This document shows positions 19,010 to 27,077 of a stretch of DNA of 49,087 nt, piece by piece. The position numbers and the translations under genes were made by a program. Source of the DNA: an uncultured Rhodospirillales bacterium (GTDB lineage: Bacteria; Pseudomonadota; Alphaproteobacteria; CACIAM-22H2). Every line of letters starts with the position of its first letter. Position 1 is the stretch's first letter. The notes below the pieces were generated by a model. That model was not told the DNA's origin. It did not search any database and saw only the letters and a list, made by a program, of their open reading frames with translations. The DNA lies in contig CAIOSQ010000274.1 of NCBI GenBank assembly GCA_903860935.1, positions 1 to 49,087 on the forward strand. Reading direction: 5' to 3'.

Positions 19010-20877
19010 GGCAGGCATGGGCTCTGTTCCAGGGAATCCAGGAAGGGAGCGAAGGGGCAATTCACATAGCGCAGCCGCGTGCCCTGGGGCTCCAGCGTGT
19101 CGGCGCGCAGCGGCGCCTGGTTGAGCGTGCCGCCGGCATTCTGGATCGCCAGATAGGCGATCATGTCGTCCTGGTCGATGCCGTCGCCGGAGACGCCGAC
19201 CGCGCCGACCAGCGTCGCGCCGCGATAGACCGGCACGCCGCCGGCGAAGATCTGCAGCCCGTTGGCGAGGCGCGTGCGGCCATCCGAGGCGACCGCGAGC
19301 CCAGCCGCACCGGGTCCGGCGCAGCCGGAGGCGGGCGGAGCGTTGCCTCCGAGCAGGGCCACGATGTTGCCTGCGACGAGATCGAGTTGGAACCCCGTCG
19401 CGAAGGGGCTCCAGGTCGCGAAGGGACGGCTGAGCGGACCGCTGGGACCGGCATTGATGCCGTCCGGATAGAAGGGGCGCGCGATGTTGCCGATCGCACG
19501 CGTCGTGAAGGCGATCCCGTCGGCGAGGGCGCCCGCGCCGAGGAAGGCGCGCGTGTCGGTCACGGTGGTCGCGAAGCCGCCGCCGAGCGCGGTGAGCTCG
19601 GCGCCGGTCTGCGGGCGCGACAGGAAGGCCGCGGAGCGCGCCTTCTGCACCGCGACATCCGTGCCGAAGACCGGCGCGTCGGGCGTGCGGGCGAGGGCAA
19701 GGACGTTGCCGTCGGCGTCGACGACGCTGACCGTCACCTGCGCGAAGCTGTCGGTCGGCTTGCGGATCTGGGCGCGCGCCCGGAACGCCGTCTCCAGGCC
19801 GCGCTGGACGAGCAGCCTGGCCTCGTTGGCGGTAAGCCCCGCGCCGCCGGCCGGGGCGAGCCCGGCGCGCGGCGCGAAACGGTTCGCCCCCGTCCCATCG
19901 TCCAGGACGAAGGCATTCAGGCCCGGATAGGTCGTGCCATTGTCCGGCCGGATCCCGGACGCGATCGTCCCGTATTCCTGGCCGGCGCGGACCGTGCCGT
20001 CGAAATAGCCGGTGACCGCAACGGCCGCGAAGGCGCCGGGTGCGGCGACAGCGGCGGCGAGCGCATCGCTGTCGACATAGCGCAGGGACCGCCCGACCAC
20101 CGTGATGTTGTCGGCGCGGATGGAGCCGGCGGGCCGGAAACCGGACGTTCCGGCGATCGCGATCAGCTCGTCGGTGTCGGTATCGAAGTCGAAGATGTTG
20201 CGGTCGAGCGTGTAGACCCCGTCGGCGACGATGCCGATCCCGCCCACCGGGGTGCCGTTCTTGTACAGCGGCAATCCGCCGGGATCGGCGGCGAGACCGA
20301 GCGGCGAGCGCATCGGCCCCGCGCCCGGCGTCGCGCGCACGACGTCGGAACAGGGCAACTGGCTGAACTGCACGCCGAAGAGCGGCCCGCCCATCTGGTT
20401 GAGTTCGCCGGGCAGGAAGTTTTCCTGCACGATCTGGCTGGCCGTGCGCGTCGAGAAGGCATTGCCGCCGGAGGACAGATAGGCACCCGTGATCGCCTTC
20501 GCGATCGCGGCGAGTTCGCCCGGAACGTCCGCGTCCTCGAGGCCAGCCCCGGTGATGCCGCGCTGCGATGTCACCCGCGCCGTCGCCGGCGCGCCCGCCA
20601 TGCGTGTGACGGCGAGGACGTTGCCGACCCGGTCGACGACCGCGATCGTGGCGGGTCGGTTGCGCGCAGTCGCTTCGTTCATCGCCTGCAGCACGATCGT
20701 GTTGACGTTGGCGACGGTAAGGAAGGGTGCCGGATCGTTGCTGCTGGCCGGCACGGAATCGGGCGATCCGCCGCCGCCGCCGCCGCAGGATGGCGCGCCA
20801 AGGAACAGCGCCGCCAGGAGGCAGAGCGCCGGCGGCAGCATGCGCCTGCTGGCGCGCGATCCGGTTGGCGTGGACAA
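19006..20877 (-). CDS. Putative lipoprotein with two GlcG/HbpS-type heme-binding domains (start may be ATG at 20841)
   Basis: Hydrophobic leader ending APSC, then a GGGGGGS linker. Two copies of the family signature: IAVVDRVGNVL...AIAKA...GGLPLYKNGTPVGGIGI and VSVVDADGNVL...AVQKARSA...GGVPVYRGATLVGAVGVSG...DD. Confidence 0.85.
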   Translation of the reverse strand: MSTPTGSRASRRMLPPALCLLAALFLGAPSCGGGGGGSPDSVPASSNDPAPFLTVANVNTIVLQAMNEATARNRPATIAVVDRVGNVLAVTRMAGAPATARVTSQRGITGAGLEDADVPGELAAIAKAITGAYLSSGGNAFSTRTASQIVQENFLPGELNQMGGPLFGVQFSQLPCSDVVRATPGAGPMRSPLGLAADPGGLPLYKNGTPVGGIGIVADGVYTLDRNIFDFDTDTDELIAIAGTSGFRPAGSIRADNITVVGRSLRYVDSDALAAAVAAPGAFAAVAVTGYFDGTVRAGQEYGTIASGIRPDNGTTYPGLNAFVLDDGTGANRFAPRAGLAPAGGAGLTANEARLLVQRGLETAFRARAQIRKPTDSFAQVTVSVVDADGNVLALARTPDAPVFGTDVAVQKARSAAFLSRPQTGAELTALGGGFATTVTDTRAFLGAGALADGIAFTTRAIGNIARPFYPDGINAGPSGPLSRPFATWSPFATGFQLDLVAGNIVALLGGNAPPASGCAGPGAAGLAVASDGRTRLANGLQIFAGGVPVYRGATLVGAVGVSGDGIDQDDMIAYLAIQNAGGTLNQAPLRADTLEPQGTRLRYVNCPFAPFLDSLEQSPCLP

Positions 20878-20880
20878 GGT

Positions 20881-22557
20881 CTAGCGCTCCTGTCGGATCT
20901 TGGTCATCGGTGCCGTCCCGTGGATGTGGAACCCGTGGCAGGATGTGCAGTCGCTGGGGACTTTGAGGGTCGCGTTGGCGGCGCCATGGCAGGCGACGCA
21001 GGTGCCGAGATCGGGTATCAGCACGTCGCTGCTGCTGGTCGACTGCTCGGCCTTGTGGCACTCGCCGCAGCCCATTGTAAAGTGCTGACCGTGGTCGAAG
21101 CGCGTCTTGGGAAGATGGCTGTCGAGCACGATGACGGGTTCGATCGAGACCGTCGCACCTTTGCGCGTGGCGATATGACACGAGGCGCAGCCGCGCCGCG
21201 GATCGAAGACGAGGTCGACGGCGGCGTCGACGCGCTGCTGGACCCAGGCACGCAGTTCCAGGCGCTCCGCCTCGGTCACGGGCTGACCGACCCGCAGGCG
21301 CGGCAGGCCCGCGGCGATCTCGGCGTCGCCGCCCTCGAGCGCGATGCGCGCATAGGCGTCGCGCAGATAGGCGTGCACGGCCTCGGGGTCGCCATGCGGA
21401 ACCGTGCGCTCGGGCGCCTTCGGGTCGAATTTCAGCGTGTGGCACCAGCCGCAATCGGTTTCGAAGCGCGTCGGCATGAAGCCCTGGCGACCGGCATCCG
21501 GGGCATGGCAGCTGGCGCAGTCGAGCTTGACCAGCCCTTTGGGCGACAGCACGCCACCCGTCTTGAGATGCGCGTCATGCGGGAATTTGAGCGTCGCGAG
21601 GTTCTTCGGCGGGGTCGGGCCGCTCAGGTCGACGCGTTCGAGGACCGGCCCCGTCGTGTCCTTCACGACGGTGACGCGGAAGGGCGGGTGGCCATCCGGG
21701 AAGCCGGTGACCGCGCGCAGATGGCTTCCCGCCATGCGTCCGTCGCCACCCGTATGGCAGTCTGTGCACAGACGGTCGTCGCGCAGGATCGACGCCTGGG
21801 CGCCGCGATGCTCGGTGTGGCAGTCGCCGCAGCCGGCATTGTCCAGCCCCGCCTTGCGCACCGCGTCGCCGATCGCATGGCCGGGCAGTCCGGTATGGCA
21901 TGCCGCGCAGGCCGAATCCGGCACCGAGGCGAAGGCCCGCTGGTGGCAGGCGCCGCAATCGGCGGCGAAGTGCTTATGGGCGTCGGAGATCTCGCCGACG
22001 GTCCAGCTGAGATCGGCGACGCGGGTCCAGCCTGGCTTCGGCACCGCATGGTCCGCACGTTGCGGGCCCCAGCCGAGGAAGCTTCCGACTGGAATGGCGA
22101 GGCCGAAAACGACCAGGAGCAGGAACAGCATCCAGGACGGCAGGCGTTTGCCCAGCCGGGTCCGCTCCAGCCCGATGCGGCTGGTCTTGCGCAGCCGGGC
22201 GAGATCGTCGCCCGGCGGATCGACCAACTCGATCGCGATCGCGGCGTCGTATCCCGCGCCTGGCGTATCGAGCGTCAGCTTGTAGGGGCCGATCCGGATC
22301 TCGTCGCCGGACACGACGAGGGCATTGGTCGTGGACTTGCCGTTGACGCGCACGTCGCCCGGCGCGGTCGCGCGCAGCCGCATGCCGCCGGCGTCCGGCG
22401 ACAGCTCGGCGGCGATCAGCGCGACGCGCAGGTCGGGCAGGCCGACCTCGTTGCCGGGGCCGCGCCCGAGATGCAGGACCGGCGCATCGGCTTCCGCCGT
22501 CCGCCGCGCGGGAGCGCCGCGTTCGCGCCGGGTGATGTAGCCGAGTTCAGCGCGCAT
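20881..22557 (-). CDS. Membrane-anchored decaheme cytochrome c (c3-like) with N-terminal FHA-like domain
   Basis: LHLGRGPGNEV...VRVNG...L.SGDEIRIGPY (FHA-like), one TM (WMLFLLLVVFGLAIPVG), then ten CxxCH (CGACH, CAACH, CGDCH, CTDCH, CASCH, CGWCH, CASCH, CGECH, CVACH, CTSCH) with FPHDAH/FDHGQH distal-His motifs. Confidence 0.88.
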   Translation of the reverse strand: MRAELGYITRRERGAPARRTAEADAPVLHLGRGPGNEVGLPDLRVALIAAELSPDAGGMRLRATAPGDVRVNGKSTTNALVVSGDEIRIGPYKLTLDTPGAGYDAAIAIELVDPPGDDLARLRKTSRIGLERTRLGKRLPSWMLFLLLVVFGLAIPVGSFLGWGPQRADHAVPKPGWTRVADLSWTVGEISDAHKHFAADCGACHQRAFASVPDSACAACHTGLPGHAIGDAVRKAGLDNAGCGDCHTEHRGAQASILRDDRLCTDCHTGGDGRMAGSHLRAVTGFPDGHPPFRVTVVKDTTGPVLERVDLSGPTPPKNLATLKFPHDAHLKTGGVLSPKGLVKLDCASCHAPDAGRQGFMPTRFETDCGWCHTLKFDPKAPERTVPHGDPEAVHAYLRDAYARIALEGGDAEIAAGLPRLRVGQPVTEAERLELRAWVQQRVDAAVDLVFDPRRGCASCHIATRKGATVSIEPVIVLDSHLPKTRFDHGQHFTMGCGECHKAEQSTSSSDVLIPDLGTCVACHGAANATLKVPSDCTSCHGFHIHGTAPMTKIRQER

Positions 22558-22581
22558 CGGTTCCCGCCCCCCGCCGCACCG

Positions 22582-23466
22582 TCAGAAGTAGAAGAAGACG
22601 GCGACGACATGCGCCGTCAGGGCCGCCAGCAGGGCGAAGGACAGCGGCACGTGCAGATAGAGCCAGATGTCCATAAGCGCCTTGTAGCGGAGGTCGCGGC
22701 TGATCACGTCGAGATACTCCAGCCGCTCGCCGAGCAGGCCAAGGACGCGCTGCGCCTGTGCGCGCTGCTCGGGCACCGCGTCGGCGGCCGTGATGCGCCG
22801 CAGGGCGAGGCGCGTCGCGCAGTTCGGGCGCGTGCCGGAGAGCTGGCGCCATGCCGAGCCGCCGATCGCTACCTGGTTCATCGCCGCGAGGACGAGGCCC
22901 GCCTGCCGGTCGTCGAGACCAAGGGCGGCCTGACGCATGTCACCGTCGAGCGCGGCGATCTTCGCCATCAGATCGGACACCGTCGCGCCATGGCGGTTGC
23001 GGGTCATCTGCTCCGGCACCGCGGCATAGACGATCATGCCGAAGGCGCCGCTCGCGATCACCGCCATCATCAGCGCATAGGCGAGGGTGTGGATGTTGAG
23101 GCCGAACTCGAAGCCGGTATGCAGCGTCGCCACGACGATCAGCGCGAGGCCGAGATAGACATGCGCCGACAGCCAGCCCTGCAGGCGTCCGATGCGGCCG
23201 TAGGAGCGCTTGCGCATCCCGAACCACATCAACCAGAGGATCAGCGCGGCGCCGATCGTCCCCAGCGTGTACCCGAGCCAGGTGCCGCCGTTGGGCGCGG
23301 TGAGCGGGCGATGCAGTGCGTAGGCCAGGATGGTCGCGAGGCACAGCCAGATGCCCCATTTCAGGAAGCGGAACCCGCGATAGGCCAGGAAGGACTGGTG
23401 GATCTCGCCCGGGGGGATCCGCTTGCCGGCCGCGGCGGCGCCCGGCTTGGCCGTCGCGGCGCTCAC
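22582..23466 (-). CDS. Integral membrane protein, putative di-heme b cytochrome (ferric-reductase-like transmembrane domain)
   Basis: GTG start overlaps the upstream stop. About 5 TM segments. Two His pairs separated by 13 residues in TM helices: HVYLGLALIVVATLH and HVPLSFALLAALTAH. Confidence 0.75.
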   Translation of the reverse strand: MSAATAKPGAAAAGKRIPPGEIHQSFLAYRGFRFLKWGIWLCLATILAYALHRPLTAPNGGTWLGYTLGTIGAALILWLMWFGMRKRSYGRIGRLQGWLSAHVYLGLALIVVATLHTGFEFGLNIHTLAYALMMAVIASGAFGMIVYAAVPEQMTRNRHGATVSDLMAKIAALDGDMRQAALGLDDRQAGLVLAAMNQVAIGGSAWRQLSGTRPNCATRLALRRITAADAVPEQRAQAQRVLGLLGERLEYLDVISRDLRYKALMDIWLYLHVPLSFALLAALTAHVVAVFFYF

Positions 23467-25868
23467 GAGGCACCTCCGCGACGGATCATGGCGACGTATT
23501 CCTCTGGCCGCACGCGGATCGCCGCGCCGGTCGGACATGCACGCACGCAGGCCGCGCCACCTTCGATGCCATGGCACATGTCGCACTTCACCGCTTTCTT
23601 GCGGCTGGACTCGCCGCCATGGTGCTTCTTCGCCGCCTTGTTCTCTCCGGGGCCCGGGCCGCGGCCGAAGAACAGCCAGCTCAGCAGGCCGGGCTTTTCT
23701 TCCGCCGGAGCGGCCATCTTGATCACGCCATAGGGGCAGTTGCGCTCGCAATTGCCGCAGCCGATGCAGGTGTCGGCGATCGTCACCTCGCCGCTGGGCG
23801 CGCGCTTGATCGCGTCGGGCGGGCATTCCTTCATGCAACTCGGATGCTCGCAGTGGCGGCATGAGGTCGGCACGTGGATCGAGGCGAAGGTGGCCCCGGC
23901 CTCGCGATCCAGCCGCGAGATCCGGTCATGCGTCTCGGCGCAGGCCTTCTCGCAATTGTCGCAGCGGATGCACAGCGTCTCGTCGATCAGCAGCACGTCG
24001 GTGGCTTCGCCGAGGCCCTCGCGCATGAGGAAGTTGACGAGGGCACCGCTTTCGCTGTCGGCGGTCTGATGCGCGCTGCTGCGCACGCGCTCGCTGAATT
24101 TTTCCTCCACCCGGCGCCGCAATTCGGGGGCCGCGTCCAGCAGGTCTCGCACCGCGGCCGCAGGCAGCTTGATCACCTGGGTGGCCACGGCGGCCTTGAC
24201 CGATGCCGTGCGCGGCGCGTTGCGCAGCAGGGCCATCTCGCCGACATAGTTGCCCGCCGCGAGATAGGTGAGGACGACTTCCTGACCGCCGACCATGCGG
24301 GAGACCAGCACCGATCCCGAGCGGATCAGGTACATCGCGTCGTCGGTGGCACCTTCCTGGATCAGGATCTCGCCGGCCTTGAGCGAGACGATCTCCGCCT
24401 CGCGGATCACCGGCGCCAGGATGGCGCTGTCGAGATCCTGGCCGAGATAGCTCTTCACCACGCGCACGATCGCGACCTCGTCGATCGCGCGCGCCACGCT
24501 CGGCACCGAGCGCTGCAGTCGCAGCATGGTGTTGCGCGGCACCTCGAGCAGCAGCGCGCCATCGCGCGCGATCACCGTCGCGCCGCGACGGCGGCCCGAG
24601 AGGAGGCCGATCTCGCCGAAGAATTCGCCGCCGCGCAGCACCGGGTTTGCTGGCGCGCCGGCCTCGCCGATCAGAACCTCCACGCTGCCGTCGACGATGG
24701 CGTAGAAGCTGTTGGTGTAGTCGTTGCGCTCGAAGATCTTCTGTCCTGGCGCGGCCAGATGGACCTCCGATGTCAGGAGGAATTCGCGGATCTGCAGCGG
24801 CGAGAGTTCCGCGAAGACCGGCACCTGCTCGCGGATCGTCGCGATGAACGGGCTGACCGCGAGGCCGGGTTGCGCGGCGTCGAGCTTGGCCTGGATCAGC
24901 GGTTCGTCGGCCGGCGCCACCGGGTTGCCGAGGATGTACTCGACGACCTCGTAGCCCTGGTTCATGCATTGCTTGATCAGCGGATAGCCGGCCAGCGCGC
25001 CGATGATGTAGAGGCCGGGCACATTGGATTCGTAATGGTCGCTGACGACCGGGAAGGCCGACGGGCTGTCGCTTCCGAACACGATGCCGCAGGATTCGAC
25101 GAATTTGCGCGGCGGCAAGGCGCCGAGCCGCGCGATGACGCGGTCGCACCGGATTCGTGTCTCGCCATCCGCCGTGTCGACGGTCATCCAGCCTGGTTCG
25201 AGGCGCTTGGGCGCGGTGCGGACCATCGCCTGCATACGGCCGTCGGCGATCGCCGTCTGGAGGAGCTGGACGTTGGCCGGTTTGGCGTTGGGATACTCTG
25301 CACCGCGGTTGAGGATCGTCACCGTGTTGGCGTTGGACAGGACGAGGGCGTTCTCGATGCCGGCGTCGCCGGTGCCGACGACCACGATATGCTCGTCCTG
25401 GAATTCGTCGGGATCGTCCAACTGGTACTGGACGGACGGCAACTCGGCCCCGGGCACCGTGAGCTTGCGCAGATTGCCCTGGAGACCGATCGCGAGCACG
25501 ACCGCGCGCGCGCGCACGACGCTGCGATCGGCGAGGGTGAGGCGGAAATCGCCGCGTTCGCCCTTGATGCCGACGACCTCCGCGTTGAGCCGCACGTTGC
25601 ATCCTGCCGCCTCGACGCCGCGATCCCAGGTCTCCAGCACGGTCTCGCGCGAACCCTCGGCGAAGCCGACATCGGCGCGCAGCGGCAGGATGTCCGGCGT
25701 CGCCATGACGTGCTTGCGCCGCTGGTACTTGTAGATCGTGTCCGACAGGTGCCCGGTGCGCTCGAGCAAAACGTGGCTGACGCCGCGCGCGGCGGCCCTG
25801 GTGACCGCGGCGATCCCGCCCGGCCCCGAGCCGACAATGGCAATTTCGAAGATGTCGTCGCCGCTCAT
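23463..25868 (-). CDS. Fusion: TrxR-fold FAD/NAD(P)H oxidoreductase + two cNMP-binding domains + 4x[4Fe-4S] ferredoxin (DmsB/NrfC-like)
   Basis: GSGPGG FAD motif, GTGDAG dinucleotide motif, SNVPGLYIIG. Cassettes FFGEIGLL....RGATV and YVGEMALL....RTASV. Cys sets CIRCDNCEKAC, CRHCEHPSCMKECP, CIGCGNCERNCP, KCDMC...CVRACP. GGAGG RBS before the ATG at 25868. Confidence 0.92.
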   Translation of the reverse strand: MSGDDIFEIAIVGSGPGGIAAVTRAAARGVSHVLLERTGHLSDTIYKYQRRKHVMATPDILPLRADVGFAEGSRETVLETWDRGVEAAGCNVRLNAEVVGIKGERGDFRLTLADRSVVRARAVVLAIGLQGNLRKLTVPGAELPSVQYQLDDPDEFQDEHIVVVGTGDAGIENALVLSNANTVTILNRGAEYPNAKPANVQLLQTAIADGRMQAMVRTAPKRLEPGWMTVDTADGETRIRCDRVIARLGALPPRKFVESCGIVFGSDSPSAFPVVSDHYESNVPGLYIIGALAGYPLIKQCMNQGYEVVEYILGNPVAPADEPLIQAKLDAAQPGLAVSPFIATIREQVPVFAELSPLQIREFLLTSEVHLAAPGQKIFERNDYTNSFYAIVDGSVEVLIGEAGAPANPVLRGGEFFGEIGLLSGRRRGATVIARDGALLLEVPRNTMLRLQRSVPSVARAIDEVAIVRVVKSYLGQDLDSAILAPVIREAEIVSLKAGEILIQEGATDDAMYLIRSGSVLVSRMVGGQEVVLTYLAAGNYVGEMALLRNAPRTASVKAAVATQVIKLPAAAVRDLLDAAPELRRRVEEKFSERVRSSAHQTADSESGALVNFLMREGLGEATDVLLIDETLCIRCDNCEKACAETHDRISRLDREAGATFASIHVPTSCRHCEHPSCMKECPPDAIKRAPSGEVTIADTCIGCGNCERNCPYGVIKMAAPAEEKPGLLSWLFFGRGPGPGENKAAKKHHGGESSRKKAVKCDMCHGIEGGAACVRACPTGAAIRVRPEEYVAMIRRGGAS

Positions 25869-25881
25869 CGCTGCCTCCACG

Positions 25882-25946
25882 CATCCCCTGCCGCCAGCCA
25901 TCCCTGCCGCCAGCCATCCCTGCCGCCAGCCATCCCTGCCGCCAGC
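25882..25946. repeat. Tandem repeat, 4 x 16 bp (CATCCCTGCCGCCAGC)
   Basis: Copies at 25882-25898 (one extra C), 25899-25914, 25915-25930 and 25931-25946, read directly. Confidence 0.95.
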
Positions 25947-26148
25947 ACGATTTACGCCCGCCCGCGGGCCTCACGCGCCGTCCATCTCTGGCCGCGCGCG
26001 CGGGATCGTCGGCCCATGTGCCGGCATGTCGCAGGCAACAGGTTATTGCGTGTGGCGATTCCGGAAAAGGATTTAGCGAACTTGCCCGGTGTCCTGCATT
26101 CGACCGACATTGGCGGCTGCCATGCATCCAGCACGCCGGAGCCCGCCA

Positions 26149-27077
26149 ATGACCAACTGCTTCTGTCCCACCCGGCTTGCCTGGACCATGATCCGGGGCC
26201 CGGACATCCGGAATCGCCGGCCCGCCTGCGCGCCGTACTCGCGGCCCTCTCCGCGCCGGGCTTCGCGGGGCTCGCCCGCGCCGAGGCGCCGCGCGCCGGG
26301 ATTGATCTGCTCGAACTTGCCCATCCGCGTCGCCATGCCGAGGCGCTGCTGGCGGCGGTTCCGGCCTCCGGTCACGCGCGGGTCGATGCCGACACGGTGG
26401 TGAGCCCGGGGTCCGGCGAGGCGGCGCTGCGCGCCGTGGGCGCCGTCGTGGCCGCCGTCGACGCGGTGATGGCGGGGACCGCCCGCAATGCCTTCTGCGC
26501 CGTTCGCCCGCCCGGTCACCACGCCGAGGCCGGTACCGCCATGGGCTTCTGCCTGTTCAACGCGGTCGCGATCGGCGCGCTGCACGCGCGGCGCGCCCAT
26601 GGGGTGAGGCGGGTGGCGGTGGTCGATTTCGACGTGCATCACGGCAACGGCACCCAGGCGATCCTGGAGGGCGATCCCGGCTTCTTTTTCGCCTCGACCC
26701 ATCAGATGCCTCTTTACCCGGGCACCGGCGACCCGGCCGAGCGTGGCGTGGCGAAGAACGTGCTCAACGTGGCATTGCGACCGCACGCGGATGGCGATGC
26801 GTTCCGACGCGCCATGACCGAGCGGGTGCTGCCGGCGCTCGATGGCTTCGCGCCGGAACTGATCCTGGTGTCGGCCGGCTTCGACGCCCATCACCGTGAC
26901 CCGCTCGCCGCGATCGATCTCGAGACCGAGGATTACGGCTGGGCGACGACCGCGATCGCCGAGGTCGCGGCGCGGCACGCAGGCGGGCGGCTGGTCTCAT
27001 CCCTCGAGGGCGGGTACGACCTCGTCGCCCTTGGCGAGTCGGCCGCGGCCCATGTCACGGCGCTGATGGCGGCTTGA
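26149..27077 (+). CDS. Histone deacetylase family amidohydrolase (5' end ambiguous, possible 1-nt frameshift)
   Basis: GHPESPARL, VRPPGHHAE, MGFCLFN, DFDVHHGNGTQ, SAGFDAH..DPL, LEGGY. The RBS-preceded ATG at 26149 is out of frame; an in-frame ATG exists at 26016. Confidence 0.9.

Noticed and set aside
19010-21454. N-terminal 800 aa of the 1428-aa ORF 17168..21454
   Set aside because: Out-of-frame overlap with the HbpS-domain and decaheme genes; the real signal peptide starts at 19009.
13419-22557. Naming the decahemes and barrel mtrA/mtrB/mtrC or pioAB
   Set aside because: Sizes, heme spacing and the FHA and LVIVD domains do not fit; only the heme count is shared.
23555-23600. KCDMCH in the flavoprotein as a heme c site
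   Set aside because: It is part of the fourth FeS motif (CxxC...CxxxCP) in a protein with no signal peptide.
18826-23733. 1635-aa plus-strand ORF
   Set aside because: Antisense shadow of motif-rich minus-strand genes; Arg/Gly/Ala-rich with no motifs; expected in high-GC DNA.
25882-25946. Tandem repeat as a CRISPR array or Chi-site cluster (GCTGGCGG)
   Set aside because: No spacers and no cas genes; differs from E. coli Chi, which is taxon-specific anyway.
23874-26015. Long 5' extension of the deacetylase ORF, suggesting a fusion
   Set aside because: Antisense to the cNMP flavoprotein; deacetylase motifs begin only near 26157.
25947-26148. FNR/FixK box or sigma54 promoter upstream of the cytochrome operon
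   Set aside because: No TTGAT-N4-ATCAA or TGGCAC-N5-TTGC found by eye; a GCTAAATC -10-like word lacks a convincing -35.
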